A DNA stretch of 63,865 nucleotides, counting the filler, from Reclinomonas americana ATCC 50394 (lineage: Eukaryota), in the NCBI GenBank assembly GCA_048213135.1. It is 9 parts of 4 records of this genome, joined end to end, with 100 filler letters (N's around TTAATTAATTAA, not from the genome) between each part and the next. Parts side by side here need not be neighbours in the genome. Positions count along the whole stretch, not along the records: positions 52,965 to 62,322 come from PS015456.1; positions 62,423 to 63,865 come from PS015459.1; 7 more parts are not named here. The stretch is one strand, 5' to 3'. Positions 53,501-63,865 of the stretch are shown one piece after another (position 1 is the stretch's first letter; each line of letters begins with the position of its first letter). The notes under the pieces are model-generated. The model was not told the DNA's origin. It made no database searches and was given only the letters and a program-made list of their open reading frames with translations. Both the position numbers and the translations under genes were made by a program.

Positions 53501-55796
53501 GCGGGAGTAACACACACCGTTCAGTGGGCGGGCGCGGCGCAACCGGAAGACGCGGATCCACCGAGACCGTATGCGCGCTGGGGTCGCTGTGCACGATCGG
53601 CGAGCCGCCGGACAGTGAGTGCATGATATTGCCGAAGAAGAGAGACAGAAGACACGTGGCGCAACTTGGCACGCAGAATCGAAGAGTCGAAGACAAGGTC
53701 GGCGGGTGACAGGGGAGGTGATTGAGGACTGTGAGCCGAAGACGATCGACGCAGGCTTCCGCTGGACTCGCGAGTGGGTGCCGTGGTGGCTCCCGTGACG
53801 GGATCCACAATACGCACACGCGGCGACGATACCAGTGTCCCGTCGTCGCCGACAACGGACAAGCGACCAATCCCCGATAATCTTGGCGACGAGCGTGCCC
53901 GTACTGTCCTGCCAATGCCTTCCGAACCGTCACTGTCCGTGTGTTCGTGGACCAAAACAGATGTCACCTGGCGTCGACTGCCACCGGCCTCACCAGAATC
54001 ATCGGTTACCGTCCGCGTACCACCACCATCCTTTGGTACAGTTTCGATTGTCCTTTCGTCCACAGCCTTGTTGGTATCATCACCAGCAGATGACCCACGA
54101 GTCCTTTGTACGGGATGCGAACCACCCACAATAGCCGCATGCACCGATGCTGATCTCCCATCAGCCACACCAACACCATTGTCCAACGTCGTCGCCACAG
54201 GCGAGACATCGTGAAGCTGCGTTGCAGCCGGGGTATCTTGCACGGACGTGGCGAGCACCACTGGCTCGGCTGACTCGATTCTGTCATGGCCGGCATACAC
54301 ACCGTCACCATTACCGCCAGCGTACCCACCATTCGCTCGATGCTCATTGTGCTGCGCGGAGCCTGCGACAGCCGTCACAGCTGACTTTTGCAACACGCTC
54401 TCAACACCGTCGACTCCAACTGGTGATGCAGGATCACGCAGATGTGCAGCGGTTACAGCCGGAGTCACCGCCGAATCACGATGCGACAATTGTGCTGGAG
54501 GCGCTGCATCACGCATACGTTCATACGCGAGGTCAGTGATGCACGGCGCACGGCACGAAACACGAAACGCACCTGCGGATAGCGTAGCTGCTCTTCCGTG
54601 TTCGTCATCACCTCGCGGGACAGCATGATGATGACCGTTTACGAGCTGTGGTTGTTGTTGTTGTTGTACAGACGCATCCGCCGCTTGGCGCGATGCAGAG
54701 GAATCGTTTTGATTGCCTCCAGCCAGACCGAAAGGAGCGAACTCGATCGCTGCTGCCTTGCTTCCCAATGAGCCATTCGGCGCAGTCGGCTGTAAGGCAC
54801 GGTCACACATTCCAGCGATGAGAGTCGAAAAGGGAGGACCTCACAAGGCAGAGATAAACGCAACATTGTGCGTCACGCTTGCCGCCGTAGGCGAGTCCGA
54901 AACCTGACTTGACGCGCCGCCGGCAGACTGTTGTCGTGGTGACTGCTTTCCGCCGCTGCTTCGTGGTGATGAGCCGATCATACGATCCAGTAGTTTCGGG
55001 CGGTTGCTGCTGCTGGGCGGCGACTGCGGTGTGCTGAGAAGCGCCATTTGTTGTTGCAGACCCAGCAGATGTGCTGGTGCTGTCATGCGTCGCCGCATGC
55101 CACTACCGTCCGTAGGCGATGCGGTTGCATCGGCTGCCGTCGACCCTGCTGCCGCTGCGGCTGCCGAAGTATCTCGGGCAACACCAATCACGGTCGCCGC
55201 CTTGCCATCGTCCTCCCATTCACCGTCCTCGTCTGACGAGTAGTCCTCGTCGTCCTCGTGACCTCCACCATCACCGCCACCCGTGTGAGAGGCAGCTCGA
55301 CGACGTCGCCGCCGACTTCCGTAGCGGAATGGACTGCCAGCGCCTCGGTTGAACACCTCTCGGATCTCCTCAAACGTAAGGTTGCCACCGCTCACTCGCT
55401 TCCGGGCCTCCACCCGAGCATTCTGCGAGAGCAGCGTATGCGAGCGCTGCGCCAGCAACTCGCGGTGCTTGAGAAACGTCTGCGACACCGGTCGCAATCG
55501 CGCGTCGCCGCCATCATCGTCGGTACGCAGCGGACTGTTTCCGCCACTGGCCGACCCTGTGCGCGTGTGCGTGTGCGTGTGCGTGTGTGTGTGTGAGTCG
55601 ACCAATTCATGATGACGCACACGAGCATAATCGCATCATCACACTCTGGCGTGTCATCGAACACATAACACACACACACACGCAGAGGGAGAGCACACAC
55701 AACAAGACAGAGGAAGAGAGAGATGGTCACCAACGACAAACCTCGCACAGGAGACGAGGGCGACGCAGTCCGATCCACAACGGGCCCACTGCTCAT
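50573..55796 (-). CDS. Large low-complexity Ala/Ser/Thr/Val/His-rich protein with ~145-aa tandem repeats, 3' incomplete
   Basis: ORFs 55392-55838, 54841-55620, 53521-54810, 52913-53542 and 50525-52852 linked by putative introns or a gap. DNA repeat period 435-438 bp (gacgtggtgagacgcag at 51770, 52208, 52643). Confidence 0.6.
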
Positions 55797-55953
55797 TTCG
55801 GCAAGCACAATCCGACAGCGACTCGCAACGAAACACACACACGCTTATCACTCTGTCTCTCTCTCACACTCACTCACACTCACACACACGCGCACACACA
55901 ACTGTTTGAGCACAAGAGGAGAGCGATGAAACGAAACTTAGACGGCGGGGACA

Positions 55954-57790
55954 ATGATGCGTCACCCTCTCTGTCACCTTCCTTCGTCAATGACTGGGAA
56001 CGGCGGCGACGTGGGGCTCTCTGGCACGACTGTGCGCTGCCCGTTGCACTCCTTAGGGTGTCCGTGGGAGGGCGGTGCAGAAGAGTACTCGCAACATCGG
56101 ACAGCGTGTGGATTCTCCATATTGGAGCGCTTTCAACGAGGAGTCGATGCCACCGTGCACCACCTGCAGCGAGTTGCGTGCATGTGTATGCATGAATGAG
56201 AGGCAACGCACTGACTGTGTGTGTGTGTGTGGTGCATCAGCATGTGGAGTCGCGAGTATTGTGGTCACAAGGAGACGATGATCATGCAACGATGTCGCAG
56301 CAGGATCGCATTGCGGCTCGATCGCGGGCGACCAGCATGGAGGCCTATGCCAAGAGCAATGCCACAGTGTCGGCCATCCATGCACGTCTCATGGAGCTGG
56401 AGCTTGATGTGCTTCGTTTGCGCGGTCTGCAGCCACCGTCGCCTCCGGCTCCGCCACCACCGCCGCCGGAGAAGCGACTGCGTGCGGTGCAGTTGCCGGT
56501 GTTTCGATGGACCGAGGCCGGTGATCACGTGCGTCTCAGCGACGAGGGACGCGTGGCGAGTGGTGTCGCAGGGCCACCGGCTGGCGTCGGTACGCCCAGT
56601 TGGGCGTTTGGCGTCTTGACACAGCCGCCGTTGATGGCCGGGTACGAGTGCCGTAGGCGACTTGCCTGCAGTACCGTGTGCTCACTGTGTGTGTGCGTGT
56701 GTGTGCGTAGGACGCGGTACGAGTTTCGTGTCTTGTGGGAGCAGCAGGAGAGATTAGCTGTCACGGCAGAGTCGGCTCAACGTCCACCCGGCTTCGCGTT
56801 GGTGCCCGTCGGCAGCAACGAGGAGCTCATTCTCATTCCGCGCGTGGTCAAGGATCGAGTGGATATTGAGGAGGAGAAGGCGCGAAAGGAGAGCCGACGA
56901 CGGCGAGCGACCTCGGTTGGTGCGTGAGCAGAAGGAATTTGCTTCGATATCTTGCTTACAAGAACACTCACTATTGTTGCGCGCTGGCACAGCCAACTTG
57001 GCACACGCGCGTGCCATGCAGCAGGCGTCGGAACAGGCGGCTCTCCGACAACGGCGGTTAACGCATTTGCACGGTGGTGAGTGGTGTCACGCATCGTGTC
57101 GGCGTGATCCTCGCACTGACTGCCCCCGCGCCCAGTGATGCACGACCTGACGCCAGTGGGAGACTCCGACGACGAGGACGAAGACGAGGATGGAGGCGGT
57201 CGCGGCGATGGCGAAACCGACACAGATGGGGGCAGCTACGCGCAAAAGGGCAGCACGTATCGCACCGACGCCACCACCACCCTCACTCCCTCGTCGTCGG
57301 CCGCAGGTTCGATCGTGACAGTGTAAGAAGAAAGTGCTTTTTGGGCATTCCCCTCTCACACACATTCGCTGCGTGCACAGGCACACCCGAACCCGGCATG
57401 GCATCTGGCGCACCATTACCACCGCCACTCGAGCAGCAGTCGCCACCAACATCACCTCGCGTCACGCCACCCTCCGGTGCCACGCCGGGTTTCCCCTTCT
57501 CCACTGGCTGCTTTGAGGGCAACTTTTACGTCAAAGGCTGGTGGTCACAGCAGTTTCTGGTGTTGTGGCCGCCACATCAGCGTCGTGCCGAGCTGACCGT
57601 CATGATTGACCGAGGCACTGGGGACTTTGCGGTACGCGCCGAGGATCCAAACACTGGCGCACTAATCGCAGAGAGCACTGCGTCGCATTGCATCTCCACG
57701 GAGCCGGGAGTCACTCTCCGTTTGGCCGCCGTGGTGCGGCAGGGTGAATCCATTCGAGTCCTCAACGGGACTCGCTACGACCTCGAGTGA
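55954..57790 (+). CDS. Protein with a TRAF-type zinc finger, coiled coil and a SPRY-like C-terminal region
   Basis: VRCPLHSLGCPWEG...QHRTACGF zinc finger, LMELELDVLRL coiled coil, and beta-rich segments. The SPRY assignment is tentative. Confidence 0.5.
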
Positions 57791-57937
57791 AGCACTCGCT
57801 GCTCTATGTTTCACTCCACTCACAGTTCTTCGTACAACAGAAAACACACACACACATACACATACACAGATAGTATTCGGTACACACGCACACGCGCACA
57901 CACAGATACAAACACGTGAGCTCTCGTCGCCCACGAA

Positions 57938-59877
57938 TCATAGGCCGCCAGAATCGTCGTAAATGTCGATGCTGGATCGTCGCAGAACCGGACCGCCACC
58001 GTAGATTTCGTGCAGGAACGTCCACACCTGTTCACCGTCAGCGCCAACAACAGGGGAGCGCAAGGTAATCGCAACGCAACTTCCCGATTGATTCCACGAT
58101 AGTGCGTCACTTTTTTCAGATCCTTCTTGGGTCGACCATTCGCCTGCAGGAGCTCGTCGTTTCTAATCGGTCCCGGAGGTTCGGCGCGCGTCTCTGCACG
58201 GCGGCCAAGTGCGTCAGCAACAAAAAAAGAAAGAAAGATGCGGAAGTGAAATAAAAGTGGCGGTAACCAACCTTGCAGCGCCCAATCCTTCCACTCCTGT
58301 AGCCAGCCAGCGGTAATAATGTACCACTCATCCGTGTCGTGCTTTCGGTCGGCGTTCATGACAAACACACGCTCGTTTAGCCGCCGCTCGGCCAGCAACG
58401 CAGCGCGTGACAAGTCGTCGCCGCTGCCGTTGACTGCCATGGCCACCGTGTCGGCGGGACCCTTCTTGCCCCGCACTGTCGACGACAGCGAGCCGAGAGC
58501 CGCAGCGGCCGCCGACGACGTTGAGGAGGCCGCCAGCGTGGTTGCACCGTTGGAGCCACGACCGACGCCGTGGTGGCGCGCCGCGTTCTCCATCTCCAAC
58601 ATGGTCTTCTCCAGCTGTTCCACGGCACTCATCAACATTTGCGAGCGATGCTGCTCCTCCGACAGCAGCCGTGCAGTCTTGTTGTGCGCGGCTCGTTCGC
58701 GCTCCAGCTGTGAATCGCGCGAGTGAGACGTTGACCACACGGAACCAGGTGGAATGGTGAGGCGCGACACACACACACACACACCTCGGTTTGCAAGCTG
58801 CGCACGACTGGCGCCGCCAGCTTGAACGCACACTTGGCCTCGTGCTCGTCTCTGCCGCCCGCCAGCCCCTTCCACTCGCAGCCGATCTCATTCCACTCAC
58901 ACGTCACTAATCGCTGCGCACACTCACTCTCCGTGTGCACCAGCAGCTGCCGTCGTGGCACCTTGGCACCACACCCGAGTGGGCAGTCGTGCAAACACTC
59001 CTGCTTGTGCGCCGCGTGATACGACGATATCGTGCCCGTCCACGCGCATCCACTCACCCTGTGCTGCAGGCAGCGTATCTGGGCAGAGCACAGAGTCAAC
59101 CTCAGTTGTCAACGCGGAGGAAATCGCCGGCACACACCGTCAAGTTCTGATACTGTCGCTTCAGTGGCGGCTGCGGCTCGACCTGGTTGTTCACGTGCAT
59201 CTCACCACATCCGCACAGATTCGAGGGCCGCTCAGTGCAGTGAACTGTCGTCGACACGCATGAGGGAGGGAGGAGGGAGGGAGGAGGGAGGAAGGAGGAG
59301 AAAATAATGACTCGATTCGGAACATTGGCATCGCCCGCGCTCACGCGTGCACATTGCCACCTCTCTCTCTCTCTCTTCTTCTCACATGTGGTCGACAGAG
59401 TACGCATAGCAACAGCGACAGCACAGCGATGGAACAATGTGTGTTGTGTGGGTATATGCGCAACATTGGCACAGCAAGTGCGACTGCGCAGGAGAGCAAA
59501 GTGAGCACACAGAGACACACGAGCACATACACGAACAGTTGTGCGTCACTCACCGACGTACAACACAACACAAAGGGATCGCTGACAAGGTCCAAACACT
59601 GAGTGTATGTGTGCGCGCACGCATTCAGATAGCGCTTTCACACACAAGAGAGAGAGAGAGAGAGAGGGAGAGAGGAACGCAACGACAGGGCACGTGTACA
59701 TGGACTCGGCGATCGACTTGGCCACACCCTCCTGTGTGTCGCGTGTGTGTCAAGACAAGTAATATACTTGCGCGCATATGCATTGTACACACTCACCTCC
59801 ACATCATCAAAGGTCACTCGAGGTGAACGCGGTGGCAACACAGACGACGCCAGTGCGCCGTTTGCGCAAAATGCCAT
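57938..59877 (-). CDS. RING/TRAF-zinc-finger protein with coiled coil and C-terminal DUSP domain
   Basis: RCLQHRVSGCAWTG..HKQEC, CPLGCG..HTESECAQRLVTCEWNEIGCEW..HEAKC. DUSP region WYIITAGWLQEWKDW..PPGPIRNDELL..HYRGINRE|VWTFLHEIYGGGP. The 5' RING exons are placed approximately. Confidence 0.75.
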
Positions 59878-60079
59878 CTCTTTCGCTCGAGTGCGCTCTC
59901 TCCGCAACAAAACAAACGATTCACACAATCCGTGTTCGTTGTTCCGAACAGAGGGGGGCGCGCGGACGCGGGACTTCTTTTTCTCTCCGTCTCTCTCTCT
60001 GTTATCTCCCTCCCTCCGTCCTCTCACATTCTTGTTCGGCGTAGTTTATGCGATAGGAGGAACGGAGATTTTTGTTCTT

Positions 60080-62259
60080 CTACGAGGAGAGCGATGGAAT
60101 CAGCTGGCGATCGAAGCTGAGAGGGTTCGGCGATGGTGGTCGCCACGCGTTCAGCTGTGCCATGAGATCGGTCAGGTGCGCCACTTTGGCTTCCACCAGC
60201 CGGCACTGTTGTGCATCGGGTGAGTACGTTGGACTGAGGAGGCGACGCTGGCATAAGCGTACCGACACAAAGGAATGTGGTCGACCGCCCTTCCGCCGCT
60301 GCCCGCTTGTGGCGTCCACGACACTCTCCCGGTGCAGCACGCCAGTCTCCTCTAGCATGGACAGCACGTTTTTGGCCGTTTCCTGTGAGCGACTCTCACT
60401 GAAGCAGAGCATGCCCTGCGGAACCAATTGCTCAGCGCCACTCGTGACACACGCGCACAAGCAGATGACACGCTCACGCAACCTTGTCGTACAGGAAACC
60501 CGACGTTGCTTGTATCTGCCGCAGCAGGCGCCCTTCCGGCAACCCACCATCCACCTCCCGCGGCACCACACCGTCGACGACATACGTCGCACACCAGTAG
60601 GCCTCCACAAATGGCGCCACCAGCGAGCACAAAAAGTCAAACAGGTGGCGCTCCGATTTCGCCGTTGGCGGCCTCACAACCCTGCATACAACGTCAGTGC
60701 GAGGGACTCTTGCAATAAAGGAGAAAAGAACCAAACACACCACGCCGAGGGCGGTCGAGAAGAAAAGTTGCCATCACCACCAAGAATGCCATCGTGGCAC
60801 ATTCGCCGCGCCACGTTAGTGGTCGCGTCAGCCAGCTCGTCCTCACTCGGCAACACAAACTCATTCCTGAGAGTGTCGGCCAAGCTTCGAACCTCGCTCA
60901 CCACCGTTGTGAACTCCGTGACACCGTTCGAGCTTCGACACCGCGCCTGCACCGCCAGCGCAATCAAGGCCTCCAAGGCGAATACGTGAATAAGCTGGTT
61001 GCGACCGAAGCTGATCGCCAAATGGTGCACGGGTGCGGCGCCGACTTGAATCTTTCCCCGACTCAATTGCTCAGCGTCCAAATGCTGCGACCAGGCGGCA
61101 GGAGTGAGGATCGACATTCATAACAGAAAACAACTCAGACTTCAAAGAACGGACCTTGTTGAGAATCGCCAGTGTCTGCTCGAGTTGATCGACCACGTCA
61201 CTCGCCACCACCGCGTTGCGTTTCCGCAACTCGTTGCTCAGCAGCACAAACTCGTCGCACAACTCCGCCCTGTCAATCGGTTCACCTGTCGTACGTCATC
61301 AGCACACGTCACAGTGAAAGGTAAAACGCGCAGATGTGCTACCGTTGCGCATGGCCAGCACAGCCGACACAATGGCGGTTCCAGTTACGGTCCGCACGCT
61401 GTTAATGTCGCTCACTACGCGATGCGCGAGCGCCGAGACTCGCGCACGGTGCTGGTGTGCGGAGCCAGCCGCAGCATCCTTGGCGGCCAGCGCCTCCAGG
61501 TATTCTCGCAGGCGGAACGGCTTGGCGAATCTGTCGTGTGGCGATAAGGTGAGAAGCGCGGCCCTGCACACCGTCCCTCTCACGTTCCCACGCACCGCAC
61601 ATGCACTCGACCGAGATTGGTGCGCAGCAGGCTCACCGCACTCTTCAGCAGGTGCCACAGCGACTCGCGACGCTTCTGCACGCCGGTGATTTCGTTGAGG
61701 AAGGCCTCCGATTCGAGCACATTGTCGTACTGAATGGAGCACGGGCACACAAACGCATCGGTAAACTCGCCCGCCAGGCACGCATCAACCGTGTCGGCCA
61801 GCAGACCCATTCGCGGCCGCAACAGCTGGAACGATGGCGCCTGTCAGAGCACACAAACGCAAAGAGCTAGACACGCAGGCATACGTGCACATACCTTGCC
61901 GGCGCGCGACCGACCGCCCTCCACAAAGTACTCGAGAATGTGCCCGTCGCGCACAATCAACGACAGGTACTCACGCAACACGGCCTTGTACAGCGCATCG
62001 CCCGAGTACGAACGGCGAATGAAGAAGGCGCCGGAGTGCCGCAGTACGTAGCCGACACCCGCAAAGTTGAGGTTGTTGCCGGCGGCCACATGCGGTGGCT
62101 CCATGCCATTCAGGACCATTGTGTACGTCAGCACCTGCTCAGTGGCCATGAGAAACGCGACGACATGATCCTCCGCAGCCACTGCCTCACCATGTAATCC
62201 ATGTGCGAGTTGTGGCTCGGCAACAAGATCAGCGGCGCCTGCTTGTACGCCTCACGCAG
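60080..62259 (-). CDS. Glycerol-3-phosphate / dihydroxyacetone-phosphate acyltransferase (GPAT/GNPAT family), 5' incomplete
   Basis: Acyltransferase blocks PLILLPSHNSHMDY (HxxxxD), AAGNNL, GAFFIRRS, EYFVEGGRSRAGK, CPCSIQYDNVLE and LGRVHV. Confidence 0.9.
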
Positions 62260-62422
62260 CTGCAGCGGAGAGAGACATGAGAGGGGCAACAGGTCAAAGA
62301 AGCATCGATCGACAAGAGCCCGNNNNNNNNNNNNNNNNNNNNNNNNNNNNNNNNNNNNNNNNNNNNTTAATTAATTAANNNNNNNNNNNNNNNNNNNNNN
62401 NNNNNNNNNNNNNNNNNNNNNN

Positions 62423-62600
62423 CAAGGGGAACACAAGGAGAACACAACGGGAACACAAGAGGGGAACACAAAGGGAACACAAAGGGAACACAAGGGGAGC
62501 ACAAGGGGAGCACAAAGGGAAAGGGAACACAAAGGGAGCACAAGGGGAACACAAGGGGAACGCGAGGAGAACACGAGGGAAAACACGAGGGAGAACACGA
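62423..62600. repeat. ~11-bp minisatellite (aggggaacaca)n
   Basis: Degenerate tandem copies seen directly next to the gap. Confidence 0.85.
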
Positions 62601-62644
62601 CAGCACAAGTCACTCTATCTCTCTCCCTCTTTCGCACACACATA

Positions 62645-63681
62645 CCTTCAATCGATCAGACACGCGCACCAGTGGCGCGCGGTCGGCAATCACCGGCTCC
62701 TGGGCACGGCCGCCAGAGCGCAGGTTAAAGTTGATCTTTGGGATCTTTCCAATGGCAAAGGCGAGCGTGGAGCCCAGTCGACTGGTGGCCTGTTCCGCTC
62801 ATCGCATGAGAATGACATGAGAGACAAGTGGAACACATCCTCTGGAGGAAGAAGACCCACCGCCATGGCCGGTTGCGGCGCTGCCTCCTCACTCGTCGCC
62901 AACCCCAGCTCCACCTCCATCTGCCTCTGAATATCCTCCGACAACAGTCGATATCGCACACCCGTCATCGGCAGATCCTCCAACCGCTTCAGCAGCGCCT
63001 TCGGACTGGACCGGCGATGCGGATACGCATGCGGCAAGCGGGTGCCCTCACGACGAAAGATCTTTTGCACCTCCTTCCCGTCCAACACCAGCGGAACCTC
63101 CTCCAACGTCAGCTTCTTGTTGGTCTTGCGCGCGGCCTCAAATTGCACATCACGGTCTCGCTTCTGCTTCCACTCGTAGATCACTGCTGTGCATGTCAGC
63201 GCACAGTGACCAGTGACAATCGTTGTGTTGCAATTAGAGACGCAACGCAATTGGCGATCCTCTGCCAACGTCCACGCCGTTGGATCGTACTGTACTCCGT
63301 CCAATCCGCGTCCATACTCGGTCGGCAATTGCAAGTTGAGCTCGGCACGGTGCGTTCGATCTGTGTTTGCCATCAGTCAACGCTCTTTGTATGTGTGTGT
63401 ATAATGATCGAGTGTGACTCACCGGCAATCGACAGCGACAACTCATGCATCGGCCGTTGCTCTCTGACCGGCACTGCCACGCCTTGCGCGTCGTCGAGCA
63501 CAGAGAGAAAGGCGGCGGCCGCCGAGTTGACAGCAGAAGCCGTTGCTGATACATTGGCCAGTCCTGCTGCTGCAGCAGTCGGTTGCTTCCCAGCTGCTGC
63601 TGTAGCAGTCGTTGTAGTGGTTGTGGAGGACGAGGAGGCGGGCTTGGTGGCCGGCCGAGCAGAGGTCGGTCGCGAGGACAT
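62645..63681 (-). CDS. Uncharacterised protein, 3' incomplete; contains a Myb/SANT-like WTxxED..L motif
   Basis: MSSRPTSARPATK... low-complexity start, then WTLAEDRQL|LIYEWKQ. Short introns. Confidence 0.5.
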
Positions 63682-63865
63682 TGCTGCGAGTGAATGAGAA
63701 AACGGACACAATGCGCGCGAGTCTGTCCTCATCTGTCCTTAGTTATTCCCTTCGCGCGCGAAAAACACACCATGGCGTTGCGTGATCTCTCTGCACTTCT
63801 CTTGCTGTGTCTGTTGCCGCGTGCTCTGTGTGTCTTTGCGTGTGTGTTTGTTTGTGTGCGTGTGC

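Overview
Eukaryotic nuclear DNA from a GC-rich, microsatellite-rich, flagellated microbial eukaryote (it encodes CFAP44). Genes are densely packed and carry many short (about 55-90 nt) spliceosomal introns. The window is a draft scaffold with N gaps and TTAATTAATTAA contig spacers. Recognisable genes: a giant (~3,300 aa) ankyrin-repeat protein, MetAP2, glutaminyl-tRNA synthetase, the CFAP44 C-terminus, a NUP42/NUPL2 homologue, an FkbM-type methyltransferase, a TPR protein, an alpha/beta hydrolase, a SUEL lectin, STRAP, two TRAF-zinc-finger proteins, a GPAT/DHAPAT acyltransferase and a tentative CPLANE1-like gene. Three observations stand out. (1) About 25 introns use a '+1-shifted' donor class (GTTGCG/GTTGAG/GTTTCG, G at +6 instead of +5), almost always after a non-G exon base, alongside ordinary G|GTGCG/GTGAG/GTTCG donors. 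This suggests shifted-register 5' splice-site recognition is a major splicing mode here. (2) A 4.5-kb cassette is bracketed by 144-bp inverted repeats that each contain an identical tRNA-Ala(AGC). It encloses a Ubl-HEPN-NACHT-pentapeptide NLR-like gene and a divergent small Cys/His (HNH-like) gene. (3) The NUP42 homologue has GW repeats and no FG repeats. All gene models were placed by eye and are not confirmed by transcripts or database searches.
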